64,000 nt of DNA, taken from contig OZ242376.1 of NCBI GenBank assembly GCA_965209085.1, positions 256,001 to 320,000 on the forward strand, in the 5' to 3' direction. This DNA is from Nitrosopumilaceae archaeon (lineage in GTDB: Archaea > Thermoproteota > Nitrososphaeria > Nitrososphaerales > Nitrosopumilaceae). The notes under the pieces are model-generated. The model searched no databases. It saw only the letters and a program-made list of their open reading frames with translations, and was not told the DNA's origin. Position 1 is the stretch's first letter. Each line of letters begins with the position of its first letter. The position numbers and the translations under genes were made by a program. This document shows positions 19,777 to 29,488 of this stretch, one piece after another.

Positions 19777-20426
19777 AATTTACCAAGAGATATATTTTTT
19801 CTACATGTGGGACACGTGAACTGTAATTGTGAAGAATAATATAAAAATGTGATATTACATTTTTCGTTTGGGCATGTAACTTTTGTACATATATCAGAAT
19901 TATTGCCATTAGTTGATGATATCAGAAGACCAGCTATTGCACCAATAACCATTCCAGCAGGTCCAAAAATTGAACCAAGAGCTGCACCGCCCCCAATACC
20001 CGTTAAATTCTTTAAACCAGTATTATTGCTTATTTTTTTTATTAATTTCTGCATATCAAACATATCTGCAATATTTTCGGGATCAAAAAGTGCATAATCT
20101 GTAATATATGGTATTGGAAATAGCGATTTCATGGTTGAACTTTCAAAAACAAATAGACGTTTATGAGCTTCAGAAGCAACACCAATTTCAAAATTAACCC
20201 AATTGCTAGTATGTTGAGTAGATGTGATATTATCTGTTAAAAGTAATAAAACCAAATCACTGTTTTCTACATTTTTTTTTATTTCCTCATATGGTACATT
20301 TTCTTGATGTTCTTCTGCTATAAATTCCTCTATTATTGGATTGTTGCCAATATTTTCCATACTGTGTTTAATACTGTTTACAAGAGCATTGTCTTTTTTA
20401 CTATGGGAAATAAATATGGTCGCCAC
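19773..20426 (-). CDS. TIR-domain protein with glycine-zipper TM segment and C-terminal Zn ribbon
   Basis: IFISHSKKD, SDLVLLLLT, SNWVNFEIG (catalytic-position Glu); GIGGGAALGSIFGPAGMVIGAIAG; CPNEKC...CPTC. Confidence 0.85.
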   Translation of the reverse strand: MATIFISHSKKDNALVNSIKHSMENIGNNPIIEEFIAEEHQENVPYEEIKKNVENSDLVLLLLTDNITSTQHTSNWVNFEIGVASEAHKRLFVFESSTMKSLFPIPYITDYALFDPENIADMFDMQKLIKKISNNTGLKNLTGIGGGAALGSIFGPAGMVIGAIAGLLISSTNGNNSDICTKVTCPNEKCNITFLYYSSQLQFTCPTCRKNISLGKL

Positions 20427-20474
20427 AAGTTTTACGTATCTTGTCTTTGTAATATATTTTACTATATAATCAAT

Positions 20475-21161
20475 GTATGAGGTCAGCTCATGCCTAACAA
20501 ATTAGTCAATATTGATGAGATCTCGTACATACTGAATGGATTGATGGTTTGGGCGTGGGCAATCGCATACGAGAAAAATATTGCGATAATCACGAACAAG
20601 AGCCGTGGTGCGTATGTTATGGACGCATATATGGACAAATTTGTCGGTGTTGCAGTAACTGACGGATATCCCGTATACCAGAGATTTGATCCTGGAGGAA
20701 TGCACCAACGGTGTCTGGGCGCACGAGCTGCGGATTGCTAAACATATGGCAGTACTCATCAGAGACTCTACGAGAATCTGTGCATACTGTTTAACGATGC
20801 TAAAAATAATATCCACGGCGGTGCAAGTGTACGACATGCGTTTGAATACACACTTGATGTCATGCTAGATAAATACCGCAGTACAGAAATGTCCGAAATG
20901 CAGAGTTTGATCAAACGGTTGGAGAATGCGACGATGAATCTGTTTGCCTTTATAGAGCATGAAAACATCCCACCTACAAACAATGCAGCCGAACGTGCAT
21001 TACGGGATGTCGTGGTTTGCCGTAAGATAAGCGGACAGATCAGAGGATCTGAATCCATGAGAAGAATGTCAAACTTTCTAACGTGCGTTTTGATGTGGAG
21101 ATCACATGGTAAAAGCGTCTTTGAAGATGTGTTCAGTGTAGTTTAATAGCTGACCTCATAC
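20475..21161 (+). mobile_element. Internally deleted IS66-family element
   Basis: Perfect 14-bp TIR GTATGAGGTCAGCT / AGCTGACCTCATAC; fragments with IDE...WAW, VTDGYPVY, QRC and PTNNAAERALR..V..RKISG. Confidence 0.88.
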
Positions 21162-21290
21162 CATAATCATTCAAATCAGCTATTTTTATTCCTAAAAATT
21201 ATGAATTTAATCCATTATGCATGTGTGTTTTGATCATGGAAACATCATGTCTGAATCATACGTCTGTGCGATTGATTATGGATAAACTCT
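21162..21290. mobile_element. Degenerate inverted MITE copy fused to an IS5 right-end fragment
   Basis: 21162-21222 resembles the reverse complement of the MITE; 21223-21290 resembles the IS5 3' UTR and ends ATTATGGATAAACTCT followed by AAT. Confidence 0.65.
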
Positions 21291-21315
21291 AATGTATTTG
21301 GATATTTTAAAACTT

Positions 21316-21636
21316 TTATGGTTTGTGCGGATTTGGACTGTTGTTTACCTGGTTGTTTATCTGCTCTGCCATAAAGTGGTTTGAGACGTTTACCTTTACA
21401 ACATCAACGCCGTCTATCCTTAGGAGATTATCGTGTATGTCCTGACATATCTTAAATCCGAAAACGGCCGGACAGAACGGGCTTGTAAGGTGCAAATCCA
21501 CCTTTACGTTGTTTTCGTTAACGTCAACATCATCTATTAATTCCAGCTCTGTAATAGTCGTGTTTATCTCTGGATCCACAATCTTTGATAGCTCATCAAA
21601 GATCTTTACACGTATCTGTTTTAACTCCTGAGCCAT
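21316..21636 (-). CDS. MIP18/SufT (DUF59) Fe-S cluster assembly protein
   Basis: IVDPEI...ITELELI and LTSPFCP motifs. Confidence 0.9.
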   Translation of the reverse strand: MAQELKQIRVKIFDELSKIVDPEINTTITELELIDDVDVNENNVKVDLHLTSPFCPAVFGFKICQDIHDNLLRIDGVDVVKVNVSNHFMAEQINNQVNNSPNPHKP

Positions 21637-21684
21637 GCATACTGTGAACGTTTATCGTATATATAGCCATTGTATAAGGCAGGC

Positions 21685-23145
21685 ATGTACCGGGCAAGAC
21701 TTGGAAAAGGCATGGACAAGATTACATTGGATTATGTCAGTTCTGTTCATTCTGATCTGCGGATTGCCAAATACGACATACTTGGGAGCTGTGCGCATAC
21801 CCTGATGCTTTTAAAATGTAAAATAATCCAAAAATCCGACGCACAAAAAATACTTTTTGCATTAAATTCGATCAAAGATAAGGATCTGATAAACGGCGGC
21901 GAATCCGAAGATGTGCACGAACTTGTGGAATCGCTTGTAATACGCAAGGCCGGATTAAAAAGCGGCGGCCGGATGCATACTGCCCGCTCACGCAACGATC
22001 AGGTATCGTTGGATATGCGCATGAAGATACGCGATGACATACTGGAAATCTGCAGAGGAATATTGGACTGCTCTAATTTGCTCTTAAAGCTGGCAGAAAA
22101 ACACCAAAGAACCGTAATACCGCTGTATACGCACATGCAGCAGGCCCAGGTGGGCACTTTGTCGCATTATTTTCTTGCACATCTTGACGCACTGTTGCGC
22201 GATTTTGAGCGTCTCACATCGGCGTACTCGCGTATAAACCAAAATCCTTTGGGTGCCGGTCCTATCGGTGGAACCAGTCTTCCGATAAACAGAAAGGATA
22301 CTTCCCAGCTGCTTGGATTTGACGGACTGGTGGAAAATTCCATTGATGCGACAAGCTCGCGTGACTTTGCTGCCGAATACGTCTGCAACATTGCAATATT
22401 GATGACAAACATCAGCCGTATAGCTGAAGATCTTGTAATCTGGTCCTCATCAGAGTTTTCATTTGTGGAATTCTCCGATAAGTTTGCCTCACCTTCAAGT
22501 GTAATGCCTCAAAAGAAAAATCCCGACATAATGGAGCTGACGCGGGGCAAGACTGCCATGACCATAGGGAGTGTCACGGGAATACTTTCTGCAATAAAGG
22601 GACTCTCCACCGGATACAGTCGGGATCTGCAAGAGATAAAACCCGAAGTGTGGTCCGCATCCGATACTGCAATGGGGGCAGTTGCAATACTTGGCTCCTC
22701 TCTCTCTTCAATCAAAGTAAACGAGGATGTGATGAAAAAAGCAGCTAAAGGCGGCTATATGGCAGCACTGGACATTGCCGAACAGCTGGTACTTTACGGC
22801 ATGCCGTTTCGTGAAGCGCATAAAATAACCGCACAATTGGTGCAAAAAGCACATGCTGATAAAATTCCGCTCAACAAACTTGACCTGAAAAAAATACGTG
22901 AGGCAGTCAGTAAAAGCGGCGTAAAGCCAGCATACGTGCACTCTATGTTACAATCTGCCACCCCATCTGACTCGTTGCGCAAACGCATATCCGCCGGTTC
23001 TGCCGGCTATGCTGAGCAAAAACGCATGATAATACGGCGTAAAAAATCCCTTGCACGGCTGTGTAAGAAACTTGCCAAACGGGAGAAAAATCTGACAGAT
23101 GCGTTGAATAAAATGTCGGTACGGGTTTCAAAAGTTTTAAGATAA
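21685..23145 (+). CDS. argH: Argininosuccinate lyase
   Basis: HTARSRNDQ, YTHMQQAQ, PLGAG, SSVMPQKKNPD and YSRDLQE motifs. Confidence 0.95.
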   Translation: MYRARLGKGMDKITLDYVSSVHSDLRIAKYDILGSCAHTLMLLKCKIIQKSDAQKILFALNSIKDKDLINGGESEDVHELVESLVIRKAGLKSGGRMHTARSRNDQVSLDMRMKIRDDILEICRGILDCSNLLLKLAEKHQRTVIPLYTHMQQAQVGTLSHYFLAHLDALLRDFERLTSAYSRINQNPLGAGPIGGTSLPINRKDTSQLLGFDGLVENSIDATSSRDFAAEYVCNIAILMTNISRIAEDLVIWSSSEFSFVEFSDKFASPSSVMPQKKNPDIMELTRGKTAMTIGSVTGILSAIKGLSTGYSRDLQEIKPEVWSASDTAMGAVAILGSSLSSIKVNEDVMKKAAKGGYMAALDIAEQLVLYGMPFREAHKITAQLVQKAHADKIPLNKLDLKKIREAVSKSGVKPAYVHSMLQSATPSDSLRKRISAGSAGYAEQKRMIIRRKKSLARLCKKLAKREKNLTDALNKMSVRVSKVLR

Positions 23146-23171
23146 ATTACAGACGGGAATTGATATTATAA

Positions 23172-23444
23172 CTAGTTTGATTTGTTGTATTCCTGTATTT
23201 TCTTTGCAATCATTGCCATATCATTAACAGCGATGCATTTTACCTCTTGAAATTCACACTGTTTCATCATTTTGTCATCTTTTGTAACAATAACCAGATT
23301 ATTCTTTTTTGCATATTCTACAATCTCTTTATCGTCTGTTTTTTTTGTAGGACAACCTTCATCTCCAATTTTTCTATATTTGATCTCTTTATCCAAATAT
23401 ATAACGGCACCCAAAACATCTTCATCAAGCAGGAATTCTACCAT
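23172..23444 (-). CDS. DUF5615/Mut7-C-like PIN-fold protein
   Basis: FLLDED, DDKEIVEYAKKNNLVIVTKD. Confidence 0.75.
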   Translation of the reverse strand: MVEFLLDEDVLGAVIYLDKEIKYRKIGDEGCPTKKTDDKEIVEYAKKNNLVIVTKDDKMMKQCEFQEVKCIAVNDMAMIAKKIQEYNKSN

Positions 23445-23548
23445 ACTTGATTATTATTTTTCTTGTAATTAAAGCTGATCTTTCATATGGGGATAAAATC
23501 GTCCAAATCATGATAAAGGGCTAAATATCTTGATAATATCTGCCAATT

Positions 23549-24301
23549 ATGAAAGTAAGTAAAAAGATCGGTATCGCTGTGGCATTAGTTGCAATAGCGG
23601 CAGGGATCGGATTTGCAAGCCCGCTCTTCTATGATGTAGATATTGACGAGCCGATTCCAACAGGAACTGCCGGTGAATCAGTTGAAATGATGAAAGAATT
23701 TGCCGAGAGTGTAATTACTTCTGCCACAGAGGATATGATGGATATATCACTTGCAGATATGAAAGAGATGCCAATGATGGAAAAAGCTATAGAGATGATG
23801 AGTGAAAAAGGAATTTCCACAGAAGAGATGGAAGATATGATGCTAGACTCGTTCAAACAGTTGGATGAAGACGGAGAAATACGCCAAATGTTACAATCCG
23901 AACCAAACGAAATGATGGTTGAGATGCTGATGAAGGCTGCTGCAAGAACTGAAACACCAGCTACTGATGATGACATGGAATCGATGGGTCCTATCATCCT
24001 AAAGAGCGGCACTTTTACAGGAATTGGAGGGCATCAGGCATCCGGTATTGCAAAAATAATTGATGTAGAGGGAACAAACTATCTCAGATTTGAAGACTTT
24101 AGCGTTACAAACGGTCCCGATCTTCGAGTCTATGTGACGCTGGACGGCAACGTTAACAACGGAATTCATCTTGAAAAATTAAAGGGAAGCCGTGGTGCAC
24201 AAAACTATGTGCTAGATGACATTGACATTGAAAAATACAGCACGGTGGTAATATACTGCCAGCCGTTTGGCGCATACTTTGCTAGCGCATATCTTGCCTG
24301 A
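23549..24301 (+). CDS. Membrane-anchored DM13-domain protein with a Met-rich insert
   Basis: N-terminal TM; SGTF.G...H.ASG.A, LRFEDFSVTNGPDLRVY, LKG..G.QNY and VVIYC..F...F motifs. Confidence 0.88.
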   Translation: MKVSKKIGIAVALVAIAAGIGFASPLFYDVDIDEPIPTGTAGESVEMMKEFAESVITSATEDMMDISLADMKEMPMMEKAIEMMSEKGISTEEMEDMMLDSFKQLDEDGEIRQMLQSEPNEMMVEMLMKAAARTETPATDDDMESMGPIILKSGTFTGIGGHQASGIAKIIDVEGTNYLRFEDFSVTNGPDLRVYVTLDGNVNNGIHLEKLKGSRGAQNYVLDDIDIEKYSTVVIYCQPFGAYFASAYLA

Positions 24302-24347
24302 GACTATAAATCACAACATATTTAGCAACAATTATCCAACAGTCATC

Positions 24348-24644
24348 ATGGCAGAAACAATTATGGCTGGAGATTTCAACTCTCAAAAGGAAAATTTTAC
24401 AGTTATTGATGTAAGAGAACCTGATGAAATAGCTGGTGGAAAAATAGACGGATCAGAAAACGTGCCGCTTGGTCTGATAATACGAAACGCCAAAAAAGGC
24501 CAGATGGACGAATTAAAGGGCAAAAAAATATGCGTATATTGTGCCAGCGGTTACCGCGGCAACATTGCAGCGGACGAGCTGGAAAAAGCCGGCTTTGATG
24601 CGGTAAATCTCAAAGGCGGATACATGGCCTGGAAACAGGCCTGA
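24348..24644 (+). CDS. Rhodanese-like sulfurtransferase
   Basis: IDVREPDE, YCASGYRG and NLKGGYMAW motifs. Confidence 0.9.
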   Translation: MAETIMAGDFNSQKENFTVIDVREPDEIAGGKIDGSENVPLGLIIRNAKKGQMDELKGKKICVYCASGYRGNIAADELEKAGFDAVNLKGGYMAWKQA

Positions 24645-24652
24645 GCATGCGA

Positions 24653-25711
24653 TTATTTGATTCTGTATCGTAGAACGGCTAGTACTGAATCATGTATGTC
24701 CAATTTTTTAACAAGGTTTGGAGCTGACACAAATTCAATAACTGCAGAGGTATTTTCAGCCGTCTCTAACATTTTCATTATCTCAAGATGTTTTGGGTTT
24801 GATCTGTACTGAAACGAGACGTAAAGCGTTCCAACCGCACCTACTGCCAGTGCTTTTTTAATTACGGAATTTTTTCTGGCCGTTTTGCCATGTTTTACTT
24901 TATCCTCAAACTCTTCTAGCATTCTTGTAACGCGTGCCTTTCTGTATGCATACAGGTGGTTTATCAATTTTTTATGAATGTCTGCTGCCGGCGTGGAAAA
25001 TGACACTGTATCAACAAATCTGCATTTTTTCATCAGTATGGGATCAAGCTCGTCATGAAACTCTGTCTTTGCCTGACCATTGCCTCCAAGAAACAAAATC
25101 TTGACATCCTTTGAATCCATCTCTAGAACTTTTTTTGCCACTTTTTTAAAGAAAACGTGAATTTTAGTCTGCCTAGCTCTCAAAAATCTGCCCTGACTCT
25201 GCCCGCCTTTTCTGTGTCTACCCATCAGATGTATGGAAATTTTGGATTCTTCCACAACCTTGTCACCCTGTAATATGGCAAGTCTCGCAGATTTGCTGTC
25301 TAAAATGGCAAGCATTACCCTGTAATTCACCTTTAGAATGTCTTTGAACGGTTTTACGTACGGTTTTTTGCCCAGCATGTAGATGTATGGAAGTTTTTTT
25401 GAAACAGTAACGCTTTTGATAATTATTTTGCCGTCCTTTATCCATCCAAATATGCACAATGTACTGATAGCATTTGTACCAGGACCCGGTTCTTTTTGCA
25501 TCTTTATAATTTTTCTCTCAATGGCAGATTCTATCTTTTCAGATGCTGCATCACGTTTTGTTTTTCGCATCAAATCAACCGTTTCTGCACCAGTGCCACG
25601 CGGATAATACACGGAGATGCAGCGTTTCTTTACAATGCTCAGATCCTGTACAAACGCATTAAGCATGTACCATTCTCTTGGAGATATCTGTATCGGATTT
25701 GTTTTAACCAA
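24653..25711 (-). CDS. eRF1/aRF1-like release-factor paralogue
   Basis: GRHRKGGQSQGRF.R motif; C-terminal domain 3 ending AVLRY; no NIKS motif. Confidence 0.8.
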   Translation of the reverse strand: MVKTNPIQISPREWYMLNAFVQDLSIVKKRCISVYYPRGTGAETVDLMRKTKRDAASEKIESAIERKIIKMQKEPGPGTNAISTLCIFGWIKDGKIIIKSVTVSKKLPYIYMLGKKPYVKPFKDILKVNYRVMLAILDSKSARLAILQGDKVVEESKISIHLMGRHRKGGQSQGRFLRARQTKIHVFFKKVAKKVLEMDSKDVKILFLGGNGQAKTEFHDELDPILMKKCRFVDTVSFSTPAADIHKKLINHLYAYRKARVTRMLEEFEDKVKHGKTARKNSVIKKALAVGAVGTLYVSFQYRSNPKHLEIMKMLETAENTSAVIEFVSAPNLVKKLDIHDSVLAVLRYRIK

Positions 25712-25765
25712 TATCTAGAATAATATCTCATAGTATAAAGGGATATGCCAAACTATGCATAAAAC

Positions 25766-26149
25766 CTAGAGAGATACGAGCTTTACCGTATCCATCTTTC
25801 TGTTGGTCAGAAAACCCCTGGTAACTGCCTCTATTTTTTTTGATTCTCCATCTAGCAGGAATATTTCAACGCATCTTTTACCGTCAATTTTGCTGTGAAG
25901 ATGGGTTTTAATCAAATCCTCATAATCGTGTTTTATTCCGGCTACCTGATCGTCAAATTCATCGGCATGAACCACCGTAAGCAGGGCGTTTCTTTTCCCC
26001 TTTACGTCCAGTTTTTCTTTTTCTTCCTGTAAAAAATTCCGTATTCCGGTTCTAATGATCTCAGATCTGCCGGTGAATCCAAGTGTTTTTCGCATATTAT
26101 CCAATTCTTTCATCATCGTATCATTCAAAGAGATTGAAATTATTCCCAT
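25766..26149 (-). CDS. NikR-like (RHH + ACT) metal-responsive regulator
   Basis: IISISL, GFTGRSEIIR, THLHS and CVEIF motifs; divergent from the metal ABC operon. Confidence 0.88.
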   Translation of the reverse strand: MGIISISLNDTMMKELDNMRKTLGFTGRSEIIRTGIRNFLQEEKEKLDVKGKRNALLTVVHADEFDDQVAGIKHDYEDLIKTHLHSKIDGKRCVEIFLLDGESKKIEAVTRGFLTNRKMDTVKLVSL

Positions 26150-26182
26150 GTCTGATCTACAGTTAAATTATATATAAAATTA

Positions 26183-26197
26183 TGTTAAGGTTTAACA
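26183..26197. promoter_or_regulatory. Candidate operator palindrome in the divergent regulator/znu promoter
   Basis: TGTTAA-GGT-TTAACA, in very AT-rich context. Confidence 0.3.
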
Positions 26198-26293
26198 ATT
26201 TAAATACGTGATATGATTATTTTATATTAAAAATATGTGTATTTTATATGAATATTGTTAAATTTATATGATTTATTAATAATATTTTATTTC

Positions 26294-27238
26294 ATGGGTG
26301 CTAGATTGTCTGTCTTAACCGGAATTGTGGCCGTTCTTGTAATGTTAGGGGTTGCTGCATATTCTTGGACAACTGAGGAGACCGTACTAGCAAAGGAAAA
26401 TACCGGCAAACTTCGAATTTATGCTTCTTTTTTCCCATATTATGAATTTACAAAAAACATAGCTGGTGAGAAAGCCGAGGTTGTGCAATTTATTCCGTTT
26501 GGCTCGCAAACTCATGAATGGACTCCGAGTACAAAAAAAATTCTATCATTGGCAGAAACTGATGTTTTTGTTTACAACGGTTTGGGCGTGGAACCGTATG
26601 TGCAGGAGATAATTGATTCTAATGAATTTAATAATATTGTATTCGTTAAAGCTTCTGATGAAATAGATTTGATCAAAATAAACGACAAACATGATCATGA
26701 TGATGATTTTAAATTTGATCCTCACATATGGCTGGATCCAATTTTGGTTAAAACCCAGATAAACAACATTGTTGATGGTATAATTTTAGTGGATCCTGAA
26801 AATGCACAATATTATGAAAAAAATGCCATGGCATATAATGTACAGCTTGACGAGTTGGATGAAAAAATAAAATTAGCACTCTCATCATGCAAAAAAGATA
26901 CAATCATAACATATCATGACGCTTTTGCATATTTTGCCGAAAGATACGGATTAAAAGTAAAATCATTGGGCGGATTGGATCATGAACACGAGTTTACATC
27001 TTCTAAAATATCCGAATTTATAAAATATGCAAAAGAGAGTGGTATTGATGTGATCTTTGCCGAAGATTTGGCAGACTCAAGACTAGCTGATGTAATTGCA
27101 GCAGAGATGAATGGACGGGTTTTGTTCTTTAGTTCACTTGAAACAATAACCGACAAGGATACAAACGACGGTGTTACATTCGTGGATAAAATGGAGGATA
27201 ATCTAGCAGTATTGGAGGATGCATTACAATGTCGTTAA
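26294..27238 (+). CDS. znuA: Zn/Mn ABC transporter substrate-binding protein
   Basis: THEWTP, His/Asp-rich loop, DPHIWLDP and YHDAFAYFA motifs. Confidence 0.9.
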   Translation: MGARLSVLTGIVAVLVMLGVAAYSWTTEETVLAKENTGKLRIYASFFPYYEFTKNIAGEKAEVVQFIPFGSQTHEWTPSTKKILSLAETDVFVYNGLGVEPYVQEIIDSNEFNNIVFVKASDEIDLIKINDKHDHDDDFKFDPHIWLDPILVKTQINNIVDGIILVDPENAQYYEKNAMAYNVQLDELDEKIKLALSSCKKDTIITYHDAFAYFAERYGLKVKSLGGLDHEHEFTSSKISEFIKYAKESGIDVIFAEDLADSRLADVIAAEMNGRVLFFSSLETITDKDTNDGVTFVDKMEDNLAVLEDALQCR

Positions 27239-28038
27239 ATTACGTACTAGACGTGCAAAATCTTACGGTTAGATACCGCAACCATGTGGCCGTAGACGAT
27301 ATCAGCTTTAATGTGGAAAAAGGGGATCTGTTAGGCATAGTGGGACCCAATGGAGCGGGTAAAACGACTCTTTTCCGAGCGATTCTTGGATTGCAGCAGT
27401 ATCGTGCTGGAAAGATCAAACTGTTTGGATACGGATCTGAAGAATCTGCCTCGTTAATATCCATGATTGGATATGTTCCGCAAAAAATTTCATTTGACAG
27501 GAATTTTCCCGCAACAGTTTTTGATGTAGTTTCTATGGGGATGATCTCTGAACATAAAATTGCAAAATGTGCACGTATGGTAAAAAAATCTGGATTTGAT
27601 TGGACGAGAATCTATAATCTGATCAACAGAGACGAGGACAAAGTATACGAGGCGTTGAAGACTGTCGGGATGGATGACCTTCGGGATAGAAGAATCGGCG
27701 ATCTGTCCGAAGGGGAGATGCAGCGAATATTTATCGCAAAATCTTTGGTAAAAGATCCACTGTTGCTGATTTTGGATGAGCCTGTAACTAGCGTGGACAT
27801 GGAATCTCAGAATAAATTCTATAATGTCATTACAAAAATAAACCGGGAAAACAAAGTTACAATAGTGTGGTCTTCACACGATCTTGATGCACTTGAAAAA
27901 TACGCCACCAAAGTTGCATGTATGAATTGCAAGCTGTTCTTCCACGATGAAAAAGAGAAATTCTTTAGCGATGAGCAGGCTATGAAAAAATATACGGAGT
28001 CGACCATGCAAATGCATATGCATGATCACATGCACTAG
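27229..28038 (+). CDS. znuC: Zn/Mn ABC transporter ATPase
   Basis: GPNGAGKTT, GYVPQ, LSEGE (signature variant), ILDEP; His-rich tail. Confidence 0.9.
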   Translation: MSLNYVLDVQNLTVRYRNHVAVDDISFNVEKGDLLGIVGPNGAGKTTLFRAILGLQQYRAGKIKLFGYGSEESASLISMIGYVPQKISFDRNFPATVFDVVSMGMISEHKIAKCARMVKKSGFDWTRIYNLINRDEDKVYEALKTVGMDDLRDRRIGDLSEGEMQRIFIAKSLVKDPLLLILDEPVTSVDMESQNKFYNVITKINRENKVTIVWSSHDLDALEKYATKVACMNCKLFFHDEKEKFFSDEQAMKKYTESTMQMHMHDHMH

Positions 28039-28047
28039 GTGTAATTC

Positions 28048-28884
28048 TTGGTTTTTGAAATTCTTGCCTATGGGTTTATGCAAAAAGCACTTGTTGCGGG
28101 AATTGCAACCGCGGTGGTGTGCTCTTTTATGGGCACATTTTTGGTATTGAGGCGATATGCACTTTTTGGCGACGGTATATCACATGTGGCGTTTGGAGGG
28201 ATCTCCCTGGGACTGTTTCTGGGGATATTTCCCATATGGACCGCATTTTTAGTCTCAATATTGGGCGGTATTGGACTGCAAAAATTACGATCTAGCGCTA
28301 AAATATCCGGTGATGCGGCAGTTGTGGTCATGCTAACATCCGGTCTAGCAGTAGGGGTGATGCTGACTAGTCTGTCTGGAGGATTTTCTGTAGATTTGTT
28401 TAGTTTTCTGTTTGGTAACATATTGCTTGTTGGCACAAATGATGTACTGATGATAGTGGTAATTGCCACTGCAATAACTGCCATACTGATATTGTATCAA
28501 AAACAGTTTTTGCATCTTACCTTTAATGAAGAGCAGGCAAAAATTGCCGGACTCAATGTGACGCTGTTAAATTATGTATTTGTGATTCTTGCTGCAATAA
28601 CCGTGGTGGTCTCTATGCGGCTTGTGGGAATTCTTTTGATCTCAGCACTTATCGTAATTCCAAATATTTCTGCAATGATGTTCGGTAAGGGATTCAAAAA
28701 AACGGTTGGAATATCCGTATCAATGTCCGTATTTTCTGTAATATCTGGAATAATTGTATCCCATTATTTTGATCTTGCCCCATCTGGAACCATAGTGATG
28801 ATTGCAGTGGCATTATTGCTGATTACTATGCTTTTTCGCTCGTTAGGATTGATATCCAAAGTGCCGGTTAAAACCAATACATGA
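28048..28884 (+). CDS. znuB: Zn/Mn ABC transporter permease
   Basis: LRRYALFGDGISHVAFGG, FLFGNIL and VGILLISAL motifs. Confidence 0.9.
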   Translation: MVFEILAYGFMQKALVAGIATAVVCSFMGTFLVLRRYALFGDGISHVAFGGISLGLFLGIFPIWTAFLVSILGGIGLQKLRSSAKISGDAAVVVMLTSGLAVGVMLTSLSGGFSVDLFSFLFGNILLVGTNDVLMIVVIATAITAILILYQKQFLHLTFNEEQAKIAGLNVTLLNYVFVILAAITVVVSMRLVGILLISALIVIPNISAMMFGKGFKKTVGISVSMSVFSVISGIIVSHYFDLAPSGTIVMIAVALLLITMLFRSLGLISKVPVKTNT

Positions 28885-29099
28885 TTATACAATCTAGAAC
28901 CTGTAAAAACTCAGGAACATCATACATTTGCAGTAAACGGTAAACCATACAACGTTAATTTGAATATAAACGCAGGTAAGAGCGATACGATTTCATTTGT
29001 AGTCCGTGAGTCTAGAATTTTCTAGCATATAGCCACACGCCAAAGTTCATGAGCTAAATTCATCGAACCGAAAAGTATTTGGATCTCCAAATTATTACA

Positions 29100-29352
29100 A
29101 TACCCCTGAACAAATTTACCGGGTAGTTAACACGTTGCATAACGTTCTCGAATTGGAGCAGCTTGCGCTGTATCTCTCCGTGCAAACGTTCAAGCTTCCG
29201 TTGGTCTACGTATGATTTACGCGTGCCAAAACGTGCTTTATGTCCAGTTCCACAAGTTTTTTCTCAAATTTAGAGATGCTTTTTTTTACCTCTAATGTAT
29301 TTGCATAAAATTGTGCCCCATGATCCGTCATTACGGATGCGGGGTTGCCATA
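29100..29352 (-). pseudogene. IS481/IS3-like integrase-core transposase fragment
   Basis: Manual translation YGNPASVMTDHGAQFYAN...FEKKLVELDIKHVLARVNHT*TNG, then frameshifted LERLHGEIQRKL. Confidence 0.75.
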
Positions 29353-29488
29353 ATAGAGTGCGCAATATTGTTATATAAAATTAAAACCCTGAAGCAATTT
29401 ACTGTGAGTAAATCTGAATTAACTGAATGTAAACATGGATAAATATTCATGAATTATGTTGATGTTAATACGTGTGATGTAAACATTA

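Noticed and set aside
25753-25768. TIR-like CTATGCATAAAACCTA at the end of the NikR-like gene
   Set aside because: No partner TIR or MITE interior; probably chance in AT-rich DNA.
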